Part shown: piece after piece, positions 49,027-59,520 of the stretch
How the letters are laid out: the number at the start of each line of letters is the position of its first letter
Numbering within the stretch: the first letter of the stretch is position 1
Source of the DNA: Camelus dromedarius
Lineage: Eukaryota
DNA: 64,000 nt
Direction: 5' to 3'
NCBI RefSeq assembly: GCF_036321535.1
Contig: NC_087454.1
Coordinates: 17,360,001 to 17,424,000, forward strand
Translations under genes and position numbers: made by a program
The notes under the pieces: model-generated
The model's database searches: none
The model's input: the letters and a program-made list of their open reading frames with translations, nothing else
What the model was told of the DNA's origin: nothing

Positions 49027-50624
49027 GTGAGTCCGGGGGATGCGGGCCGGATTCGGGTGCGGCGGGGGAGGAAAAATCGAAAGTAGCTTTTCTTAGCGCT
49101 TGGGAGTTTGCTAAGATATTGACGACTGCTCAGTCCCGTGTGCAGTCCCCTCCCCTAGCTTTCCCCGGAGGGGACGCGGGCCACTGGTGCAGACGGGGTT
49201 ATGGGGCCTCTAGTCCCAAGACCTTGACCCCCGCCCCCTGCTCGCCCGCCCGCTGTCTCTGTCTTAAGAAGTGGCACAGGAACCACCCCCTCCCTCCTCT
49301 GACCATGACGCTTTTAGATGTAAATCTTAGTTTCTCACTGAGGAGGAGCTACACCTAGGGGTCCTCGGACTCGGATCTCGGCTTTCTGGTTCCTATGGTC
49401 GGCTGTATTGATTTTCACTCCTCGACCATCCCCAAACAGGAAGTTCTTCTCACCAAGGGCGACCTTGGCCGCAGCGCCCCCTTGGTGTTTCCACAGCAGG
49501 GCGCCCCCAAGCGTTGGGAGACTTGGCTGAGCAAAAGCACAGACCCAAGTGGGGTTTCCACTTCAGAACCCCTGGCGCTGGGAAGTGGGGGTGTGTAGGA
49601 GTGGGTGTGGGATCTGAGTTCTACCCCGACCGCACCCCTTCTGTTAAGACCTGGGATGGAGGCCGCTGGGGGTGGGAGGCTCTTGACAGAGGTCGGCCCC
49701 AGGCCTTACTGACTTAGCGATTGTTCTTTTGCCTGGAAAAAATAACATATCCGTTATTTTTGACCTTTTGAACTGCACCTAACTAGTCTCCTTTTCAGCC
49801 TGAAGTTGTTGGTTTGCAATGTTAATAGTATTGTATAATTAACCGGCCTTTACTAAAAGATGCCAAAGTGATGATAATGAACACTTAAGTAGTGACCTCA
49901 GTTTTAAATCACCTTCATATCTCTGATCTTGTTTGATTCTAACATGCATTTAGGAGGTAGGGGCTGTTAATACGTTGATTTTACTAGTGGTTAACGACCT
50001 CAGGTTAAATCCTTTCTCCCGGTTAGAAAGAATTTGGGCAATCTGGTTTTCTGACGTTAAATGAGGTACCGCTGGTTCTAATCTCAGCTGACAGTGAGTT
50101 TGCCGCACTGTTGTCTGGCGCTTTCACTTAGAGGGTAGGTGGGATGTGTATCCACACTTTATACATGACAAGGATGAGGTCTGACCTGCTCACCAGTAAC
50201 TTTGTTCCATGTTACTTTGGGCTGCAAGGCAGATCCCGTGTCTCCACTTCATAGCTGTGATCCTTAAAAGTCACACTGCTTTGGAGGTTGAATCCAAAAT
50301 TTGATGATCAGAAATATTCACTGTTCACAAATATAGAAGGAGCTATGTGTTGAGCTGTTCTAGACCCAGGAGAGAGAGCGGGGAGCTGAGTCCTCAGATG
50401 TTTTGCATTTGAGTCGGAATGATGGTACAGAAACCAACAAAAGGATATAGAGCATCAGGTAGCAATGGGCGCCTGGAAGATGTGGGAAGCAGGGAGGTCA
50501 GGGTAGGCCACTCTCTCTGGCTGATGTTCGAGCATAGACCCAAGGAAATAAGGGTGATGCTGAGTAGGAGTGGCGCTTCCCGGGACAGGCTGGGTGGACC
50601 CAGCAAGGACTTGAAACCTCAGCA

Positions 50625-50800
50625 ATCCTGACATTTTTTTGTTGTGGGGACCGTCGTGTGCGTTGTAGGACATTTAGCAGCGTCCCGGTCCTTTACTCAC
50701 TGGATGTTAGTACACTCCCCAGTTGTGCCAAACAAAAATGGCTCCAGACATTGCCATATGCCCCTAAAGAGATGAAATGCCCCGGTTAAGAATCCCTGGA
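50625..50800 (+). mobile_element. MER20-like element in HFE intron 1
   Basis: TTGTAGGACATTTAGCAGC...CCCCAGTTGTG...CCAGACATTGCC. Confidence 0.75.
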
Positions 50801-50989
50801 TTGAAGAAAGAGCAAGGGCCCTGGTGCAGCAGGAGCCCAGGGCCCGGGGGCCATGAACCGGTGATAGGCTCAGCCAAGGGGCCACAGGCCAGCCTCCTAG
50901 GGCCTCGCAGGCTGTAGTGTGGATTCTAGCCTGGGGCTGACCTGATCAGAGTAGCTGTTGAAAAGCTTGCTTTGGCTACTCTGTGGAAA

Positions 50990-51500
50990 GCAGGGTGAAG
51001 GAAGCAGCAATAAGAACAGAGCCAGCAGACAAGGAAACTGTAGCGTTAATCCAGGCACGAGATGATGCACTAGGCTGGGGGAGGGGAGCAGGGCTGGTGG
51101 TGAGAAATGGTTGCATTATGGATATACTTTGAAGGAAGTTGCTTAAGGATCTATGAAGGATCACGTGATAGAAAAAGAAAAGTTGGAGGTGACTCTTATT
51201 TTATTATACTTTATCTTATTTGTTTTATTTTATTTGCCTGAGCAATGGGGTGATAGGTGATGCCATTTCTGAGATGATAAAGGCCAAAGAAGGGCAGTTT
51301 GGGAAAAATCAAGAGCAGGGAGGTCAGGGCTCTTGTTAATTTGAGATTCCAATCAGTCATCCAGCTGGTGGTAGCCTATAGATAGTTGAATGTATGAGTC
51401 TAGGGTTCAAGGCCAGAAATAAAAACCTAGGAGTCAGCATTTATTCATTCAGCCAGTATGTATTAAGCACCTACTACATGTCAGATGCTGTTTTAGGCGT
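50990..51500 (-). mobile_element. L2 remnant in HFE intron 1
   Basis: TAATCCAGGCACGAGATGATG...GGATATACTTTGAAGG-type L2 motifs. Confidence 0.6.
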
Positions 51501-51692
51501 TGCCTATGCAGCACTGAAGTCCCTCATTCTACAACTGAGGGGAGGTGTAGGGAAACTCTCACTGGCCAAGAAGTCTGTCTTTTTGGGCTTTCTGGGGCTT
51601 TTTCTACATTTGATTGGGAACTGTTTTGATGCTGAAAAGATGCCCTGACTTATTTATCAGCACATCTTCTAGCATTTAACAGCAAAGATACA

Positions 51693-52174
51693 TAGGCAGA
51701 CCTCAGAGATATTGCAGGTTAGATTTCAGACCGCTGAAATAAAGCGGATATCACAATAAAGTGATTCACACAAAGCTTTTGGTTTCCCAGTGCATATAAA
51801 AGTTATGTTTACTATACCGTAGGCTATTAAGTGTGCAATAGTATTGTGNNNNNNNNNNNNNNNNNNNNNNNNNNNNNNNNNNNNNNNNNNNNNNNNNNNN
51901 NNNNNNNNNNNNNNNNNNNNNNNNNNNNNNNNNNNNNNNNNNNNNNNNNNNNNNNNNNNNNNNNNNNNNNNNNNNNNNNNNNNNNNNNNNNNNNNNNNNN
52001 NNNNNNNNNNNNNAATCTTGGGAGAATGGCGAAAATATGACAGAGACGCGAAGTGAGCAGATGCTGCTGAAAGACGATACTGATAGACTTGCTAGATGCT
52101 GGTTTGCCACAAACTGTCAATCTGTTAAAAAAAAACACATTATCTGCGAGGCGCAATAAAACGAGGTCTACCCG
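51693..52174 (+). mobile_element. Non-autonomous Tigger1-type DNA transposon (N run 51849-52013 inside)
   Basis: Degenerate Tigger1 termini (AGGCAGACCTCAGAGATATTGCAGG ... GCGCAATAAAACGAGGTCTACCCG) followed by TA. Confidence 0.85.
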
Positions 52175-52571
52175 TACACAGGGAAGGGTTTAGAGATGGA
52201 AGTAGTGGGGAAAAACCCCAAAAGCTCCTACAATACATTCCCCTGGAGTTGGATCTAATTAGCTCTGAGCACCAACTCCTGAGCTCAGCTACCCTAGCTG
52301 GAGACACCTGGGGATTTTCTAGAGCCTGTTGGCTCCAGGGGAGACGGCTGTAATCCTGAAATCACGAGGTCTGGGGCAGAGGCTGAGGGCTGCAAGAGGG
52401 TGGCAGCCACCCATAGCAGAGGAAGGGGCACCAGGAGGGAGAAGACAGGACGGTCATGGGGAGGGAAGGCAGCGCTGTGCCTCACTTCTCACAAGGTGAG
52501 ACCAGGCACAGCCAGCAGGATGGATTCAGAAGGTGTGTGGGGTCTCTGCCTCCCAGTCCCCCTCTCCCCAG

Positions 52572-52835
52572 GGTCACACTCCCTGCGCTACCTCTTCATG
52601 GGTGCCTCAGAGCCAGACCTGGGGCTGCCCCTGTTTGAGGCCTTGGGCTTCGTGGACGACCAGCTCTTCGTGTCCTACGATCATGAGAGTCGCCGGGTGG
52701 AGCCTCGCACCCCATGGGTCTGGGGTCAGGCCACCAGCCAGCTGTGGCTGCAGCTGAGCCAGAGCCTGAAAGGGTGGGATCACATGTTCATCGTCGACTT
52801 CTGGACCATCATGGACAACCACAATCACAGCAAGG
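52572..52835 (+). CDS. HFE: HFE exon 2 (alpha1 domain)
   Basis: CAG acceptor; 264 nt; [14 protein letters not shown]...YDHESRR...NHSK; His63 equivalent retained; GT donor at 52836. Confidence 0.95.
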
Positions 52836-53077
52836 GTACGTGCAGAGGGGGACCCACCGTCCTGGGGTGGTTGGAGCACTTCCCTGCCTCAGGGATTCAT
52901 CTATTTAAACTACCTTTTTAAAACTGAAGTATAGTCAGTTTTACAATATTGTGTTAATTTCAAGGATGCATCTTGAGGTAGAGAACTGGGTGTGTGAGAC
53001 CCTGGGAGGGCAGGGAAGAGGGAAGGAGTTTGCTCCCTGTGGTCATTCCATCCCTGGATCCTGCTCCTTGGTTTCAG

Positions 53078-53377
53078 TACCGAAGCTGGGGCTGTGGCCA
53101 GAGTCCCACACCCTGCAGGTGATCCTGGGCTGTGAGGTGCACGCAGACAACAGCACCAGAGGTTTCTGGAAGTACGGGTATGACGGGCAGGACCATCTTG
53201 AATTCTGCCCCGAGACGCTGGATTGGAGAGCGGCAGAGCCCCAGGCCTGGGCCACCAAGCTGGAGTGGGAAGTGAACAAGATTCGGTCCAAGCAGAACCG
53301 GGCCTACCTGGAGAGGGACTGCCCCGAGCAGCTGCGGCGGTTGCTGGAGCTGGGGAGAGGGGTTCTGGGTCAGCAAG
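53078..53377 (+). CDS. HFE: HFE exon 3 (alpha2 domain), including an 8-codon 5' extension
   Basis: TTTCAG acceptor at 53077 gives [14 protein letters not shown]...; second in-frame AG at 53100-53101; both alpha2 cysteines present; GT donor at 53378. Confidence 0.9.
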
Positions 53378-54210
53378 GTATGGTGGGACAGATCTGGGGA
53401 CGGTGCAGGGCACGGGATCCCCTGCTGGGCTTTCAGAGATGACCAAGGTGACTCTCTGAGAAGGAACTGAACTGAGGTCTGAGTTTTCCACCCTGAGGTC
53501 TGTGGACCTGAGGTCTCCACCTTAACAACCGAGATGTATTACACAGCCATCAGTCATGGTTTTAATTTGTTTTCCCACGCACATAGCTAAAGAAGAAGTA
53601 ATTGTGATTTTTCTTTTGCTTTAATCAAAAATCCTACGTATGCTTATAACTTTTAGGAATTCAGAGATGTCAATTAGCACATGAATACCAAAGCAAGAAA
53701 CTGCTAAGTGAGGCAACCAATCAGAATAGCAGAATCTTTTGGAAATGAAAGGTAACTTTCACAGAACAGGTTAAAGGTGAAAGGTGACTGTCACAGAACA
53801 GGGCAGTAGTCACTGAAGGCTGGCTACCTTACAAGGCCCCTTCTACAAGAATCCTTATTCGGTCAAACCAAGCGAAATTAGCGATAGTACGTACTCAATC
53901 ATTTTTGATCCTCATAAGGGGTAATTTCATCTGACTCATCTGAATATATTAACAAGGAACAGAAGACGGGGACCCCAGGTGTACATATTTACATATGGAA
54001 CAGAACAAGCCAGCATGACTCTGACTGTTCTCCATATGACACCACATAGGAACCCAATGTTGGAACATCTTTAGGACACAGAATGGTGTCTCTTCTGCAG
54101 CTTGCTTTCTCTTCTTCCTCCAACCCATAGAGAAAGGGAAGTGAAAGTTCTGGTCTTCCTGACATGGGCAGGAAGATCCCCTCTCCAGATCCTTCCCCCT
54201 TCCCGTCCAG

Positions 54211-54486
54211 CACCTCCTTTGGTGAAAGTGTCTCATCACGTGACCTCGGCAGTGACCACTCTACGGTGTCAGGCTCTGAACTTCTACCCCCAGCACATCA
54301 CCATGAGGTGGTTGAAGGACAGGCAGCCACTGGATGCCAAGGACGCGGAGCCTGAGAATGTGCTGCCCAACGGGGATGGGACCTACCAGGGCTGGGTGGC
54401 TTTGGCTGTGCTCCCTGGGGAAGAACAGAGATACACCTGCCAGGTGGAGCACCCAGGCCTGGAGCAGCCCCTCACTGCCTCCTGGG
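54211..54486 (+). CDS. HFE: HFE exon 4 (alpha3 Ig domain)
   Basis: 276 nt; both Ig cysteines present, including the Cys282 equivalent (TGC 54438-54440); AG/GT boundaries. Confidence 0.96.
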
Positions 54487-54618
54487 GTATGGATGAGAAC
54501 CAGAGGCGGGGAAAACCTGGCATGGGTGGGATGGGAGTGGTCAACATTGCAGTGAGGGGAGGGTCTGCTCTGAGCTGGGACAGCAGTCACCAGCTGTCAC
54601 TTACTTTTGATCTTTTAG

Positions 54619-54729
54619 AGCCCTCGCTGTCTGGCACCCTGGTCATTGGAATCATCAGCGGGATCGCTGTGTGTGTCATCATCTTTACTGGAATTTCGTT
54701 CAGAGTCTTAAAGAGAAGGCAGTCTTCGA
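54619..54729 (+). CDS. HFE: HFE exon 5 (transmembrane)
   Basis: TTTTAG acceptor; 111 nt; hydrophobic [16 protein letters not shown]; donor GTGAGT at 54730. Confidence 0.93.
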
Positions 54730-54863
54730 GTGAGTAAGAAAAAGGAACAGGCCTCTGAGGACCTCTGCCCCCAAAACCCACAAATTCTCCCGCAGAAAGT
54801 GGGGTGAGGATGGGGGTGCCAAGGAGGTTTGGCATCCATGAGAGGTCTTCTCTCTTTCTCTTT

Positions 54864-54940
54864 GAGGGGTGGAGCACATGCTTAGCATGTGCTTAGCATG
54901 CTTTGCAGGTACAATCCCCAGTACCTCCACTAAAAAAATA
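54864..54940 (+). mobile_element. Truncated, internally duplicated SINE in HFE intron 5
   Basis: GAGCACATGCTTAGCATG and CAATCCCCAGTACCTCCA plus a short A tail; same family as the 46176 SINE. Confidence 0.75.
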
Positions 54941-55801
54941 CCGAATTTTTATTTGGGAGCCCTGGCACCTCCCTGGGAGCAGTAATGAATGGTTTCTCTT
55001 ATAATGAAAGCTTGTAATTTAAAAAAACATTTTTTGAGTAACTGGTTTTTTGTTTGTTTGTTTGTTTGTTTGTTTTTGGCAAAGTGCTGTTTGAGGAATG
55101 CAGGTACTTTGAGGCTAAGTCACTGCTGCTATTCTCAGAACCCAAGTCTAGTAGGGAGTGAAATCTGTAACACAGGTAAATGCAGTTAAAGAAGACCCCC
55201 AAAGGTCCTGAGGCTGACATGAAGCAAATGCTCTGGGGTGTCAAGGGAAGGGATGGCCACATTCATCTAGGGATCAAGACAGGCTTCTGGATCTTGAAGA
55301 AGGAGGATTTCTTTAGGTGATGTTGAGGTTGAGGAGAGGTCTACACACATGGAGCAACCACGCAAGTGGGAGAGTGTGAGGCACACTGGGTGGTGAAAAA
55401 TGATTATCAAGACTCACCCCTGACTTCGCATACTTGTCAGTCTGCATTTCTCCTCTCGGAAGATCCATGGTGTTGGGGGAACAGGGGCAGACAGAAGCCA
55501 GCTCCTGCAGAGCCCTGGAGGCCTTTGGGATGGTACGTTGAGGTGAGGGAGGGTCAAGGCAGGGACCTAAATAAGCAAGCAGGGACCCAGTCTCCGAGGT
55601 CTGGAGAGTGGGTGTTAGGAGGTGAGATGGGAGGCAAGGAGACCAGTTAGAAAGCAATTCAGCTATTCCAGGGAGAGAATGGTGCCTGAAACCCAGGAGT
55701 TCCTTGGGAAAGGAGTGGTCAGAGTTGAGGTGGTGGTGGGGGAAGGGATGGGGAGGTGGTCTTAGGTCTGTGATGCCTCTTTCCTGGATGTATCTTTACA
55801 G

Positions 55802-55842
55802 GAGGAGCCTCGGGGGACTACGTCTTGGCTGAACGTGAATGA
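55802..55842 (+). CDS. HFE: HFE exon 6 coding part (cytoplasmic tail; total protein 355 aa)
   Basis: TTTACAG acceptor; RGASGDYVLAERE-TGA; exon sum 76+264+300+276+111+41 = 1068 nt. Confidence 0.95.
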
Positions 55843-58448
55843 AGTGCAGCTTGCAGACCCCAAGTGAGGTGGAGACATGATTTGAGATTCAAAGTGAGGG
55901 TGCGCTGGTGGCAGTCTTCATGTTTCAGGACATGTTTCAGGACTTGTTTCAGGACAGTTGGACCTAAGAAATAGGAACTGTCTCAGGAATTCTGCTCTTA
56001 ACCTTTCCTGGTTCACGCTCAAAACGTTCCCCCCATTTAGGTGTCTGAGTTCCCGTGTGCTAACAAGCCCCAGCTGTGAACTCTCCCCCAGAACTGGCTG
56101 TTGGGAATCCCAAGCTGCATCTAGAACCTGCCCTTATTTCCTGCATCACAGACTCCGTACAGCTCCCTCATCTCATCTCATCTCTTAAATGTGGGGGACT
56201 CCTGATTCCTTTGAATGTCTGAGAAAAGCTTGGAACCTTGTCTTCAGGACACGCACCCTAACACCTCTACCAGAATTTGGCACACACACCCAGGCATTTC
56301 CTGAACCCACTCACGTTTCCTTTTAATCCTTTCTCGGTCATACAAGAACTCATCTGTCACCAAGCCCTGTGGTCTCTTCCATCCGAGGGAGATCTGGGCC
56401 ATGGTACAGCTGTGCAGGCTGGGCACTGCACAACCTGAGAAGACCCCTTTCCCAGGAGAGGTATTGTGGATGTTTGCGTATATGATGATAGTTTTCTAGA
56501 AAACAGATGGGAAGTGCCTTGAGGAGGGATGTCTTTTTCTAATTTGCACAAAGGTGCCTGTAAGTTTCCTTAGATTAATGATCCCTGCTTTTACAGTGCC
56601 TCTCCTGTATACTGGACTTGAAGTAGCACGGTCTGTGGTCTCTCTTTGTTCTGATCATGAAAATGATAATAAAGCTGATGATGATCATGATAAAGTGGCT
56701 GACATTTATTTACAAAAGCACTTCCTTGATGTCAGACTTAATTCTGAGCTCCTACTTACATGCATTATCTCATGTAATCCTCACAATAATTCTTTGGTGT
56801 AAGTAGTATTATCCTTTTTTCTTTCTTTTTTTTTTTGTAAGATGAAGAAGGTACAGAGTATCTCACAGCTTTGCTAGGGACAGAGACAGGTTTCAAACTC
56901 AGTCAGAAGGTTCAGGTGGCGGAGTAAATGCAGAAGGAAGGAGCTGGCTGTGGAAATGGCTCATCTCCTGTCTCATTGTCTGTATCTCAGTGAGTTTGAC
57001 CCAAATGAAGGGAAAACAGTAGTCAATGATCTCAGCCACATTTCCTTTCAAAGTCCCTGAGGGAAGAACCCTTGAATGTGACTCCTTACTCCTCTGTTGC
57101 TGTGGCCAGTCAGCACTGTCTGACATCACTCGTAGGTCCCCAGGCTGGGGCTGTGATTGGGGATGTCAGTTAATGACTGTTGGACCTCACAGCGTCTTCC
57201 TTCAACCAGTGCTTCCGGGGTCAGAACCCTGGTGGCATTTCCCTCCATGAACTGGAGCAACCTCTCTCATATTAAGGATGGAAAAACAGAAGCCACCAAG
57301 TGGCCAAAAGTGTATCCCGGCACCTTCCTGGGGTCCTTGGGAGTCTGGTTCTCATTCCAATAATAATAATAATCTAATCAGGACACTCAGGAATTCGTAG
57401 ATTCTGGGAAATTCATCCAATCATGTTCAGGCGACTTGTGTTCACTTCATGCTGCTACGTATATTGGGTGGCATAATTGTGTACAAGGCTTCCTGTCTTG
57501 GAGACCAAGTGCCTCAGACCTAATACAATTCAAAAGTATGTTTGGTAGATATTGAACTTGGGCAAAGAGACCACAGCTTATTTTTTTTAACTTTTCTTTT
57601 TTTCTGGTTATGAAAGTTAAGTGGATAAAAATACATATAATTTGTGCTTACTATAAAAAAATTGGATGTGAATTAAATGGAAACATTGCAATAGCCAGTG
57701 ATTAAATGCTATTAACAATTTGTGTATTTCCTCTCAGTATTATTGCAATATATTAAAGTATACATAATTAATAAATATGTATGTTTTAATAAATGTATGG
57801 TTAATTGTGTTGTTTACCACATGATTTTCCTGATGTATTTGTCCATCTTATGTATCTATTTAATCGTCTTAATCATTACATCATTTCTTGGGAGTTATAT
57901 TCCTTCTAATTTTATGTTTTGTCTTATGGAATATTTTCATTAAACTATGGTAGCTGAATTAATTGTTTTTCTTCACTCTCGAGACGTTATCATCTAAGTT
58001 GTAACACATTGGTCATTTTACCTCCAAACTATGGTGGAAGCACACTGATAGATTCTTTCTCTTTAAATATTCTATACTCAAAGCAGAATACCAAAAAGCT
58101 TCCTTGCTCATAATGAGCTTTCTATCTCATTAAGGATATGTTACAATTAGTTGGGCAACAGTTTGTTTTATATTGGTTTTATTTCAGACAGGCTGAAATT
58201 TCATAGAACACCCTACTCTTCACAGTAACACAGCTATTAACCGTTGGCAGCTGTGGCCTGTTAATTATTTTTATAACCGTAGTTATAAATCTACATTTTC
58301 TTTCAGTGTTTCTTAGCTCAATTTTTCTGACCTTGTTCATCAATTCTTAGGTCAACTCTGTTTGAAAAATCAGATACCTACCTAAAATGCCGTTATCTTA
58401 TTTTGCCCCTGGGAAAACCACTTAGAAAGCGTAGTAGAAAGGAGAAGG

Positions 58449-58463
58449 GCGCCATCTGGTGGC
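58449..58463 (-). promoter_or_regulatory. Strong CTCF motif, reverse
   Basis: GCCACCAGATGGCGC on minus matches the CCACYAGRKGGCGC core fully; CpG retained in an otherwise AT-rich region. Confidence 0.75.
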
Positions 58464-59319
58464 TATAGTAAAAAAGTCACAGTGGTCATGTGACTAGAGA
58501 GAGTTGGGGGCCGGGCTTCTCCAGAGAGGAAACGAAATGCATGAGGGGTGGAGAGCTGGCAATCACTTTTGGAAGAAAGCCCCAGAAAATTTCAAGAAGC
58601 AAGGAAGAAACAATTCACCAGCTGTTTGAATTGCTGGAATCACAGGAAACTGGGAAAAGAACAGAAGGAAAACAAACAAACCTGGTGATCGATTGTTCAG
58701 ACAACGAGCAGCAGTTAGTTAAAAAACCTATTGGGAGGTACAGGCAAAAATTCTTGTTATGTTATATGATTATAATATAGCCTTAGACTACTGTGTACTT
58801 GATGCATTCTTCATGTACACAAACACATTTAAAAACAAAAGACCTTCTCTAAAATGCTGGAAGGCTCTTACAACCTACACTCTAATTTAATAATGACTAA
58901 TTTAAAAAATGCATGAATTTAGCCATTAAAGATTTTCAGATGTGTGGACAGGGGTTTGTAATTTTGTTTTTTTCAATAGACTCTGGATCATTAATTTTTT
59001 CTTCTTCCTTTTTGAATGAATGGTTAACATGTGGAATATTAATACAGTATTAAATTATTTTGTGTGACAATTTTATTAAAAAGCCTGGGTTGCCTTAACA
59101 TCCTGCCTGCATTTATTACTTGGCCTGGCATGCATGCTGGTATCTCATGTATTCCATTTCTGAGTAATTCTCTAAGGTGTTTATGAATGTGTATGAGAGA
59201 TACACATGATATGTTTTAAGCAATGCTTCTATAGCTTCTATTTCTTGGCTAGATGAATTTGCATTCTCCATAATGTCCTGTGGCATGAATATTTTCTAAA
59301 ACTAATTTTTTCCAGCTAA

Positions 59320-59520
59320 TAATTACTGAGTACTTACAAGATGCCAGGCCATGTCCTAAATATTAATTTAATTTATCTGAAGAATCCTGTGAGGTAGAAA
59401 CTCTTGTTATTCTGTTACCCTTAGTTTGCTATATGGAAACCAAGGCACAGAGAGGTTAGTTAACTTGCTGAAGGTCACACAGCTAGAAAATGGTTGTGTC
59501 AAGTTTTTTTTCCAGCTAGC
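59320..59520. mobile_element. MIR SINE (other MIR-like remnants at ~21230-21360, ~24700-24850, ~44490-44640, ~45080-45200, ~56730-56900)
   Basis: GGAAACCAAGGCACAGAGAGGTTAGTTAACTTGCTGAAGGTCACACAGCTAG core. Confidence 0.8.

Noticed and set aside
48951-49358. 135-aa single-exon ORF at the HFE start (likewise 52400-52921, 52951-53442, 54102-54737)
   Set aside because: Exon plus intron read-through; canonical splice sites reconstruct a normal HFE
49451-49497. Inverted repeat CACCAAGGG...CCCTTGGTG with a CTCF-like arm in HFE intron 1
   Set aside because: Imperfect stem in GC-rich DNA and three mismatches to the CTCF core; plausible by chance
56668-56673. AATAAA as the HFE polyA signal
   Set aside because: Sits in a GAT/AAT low-complexity run beside a MIR; cannot be supported without RNA data
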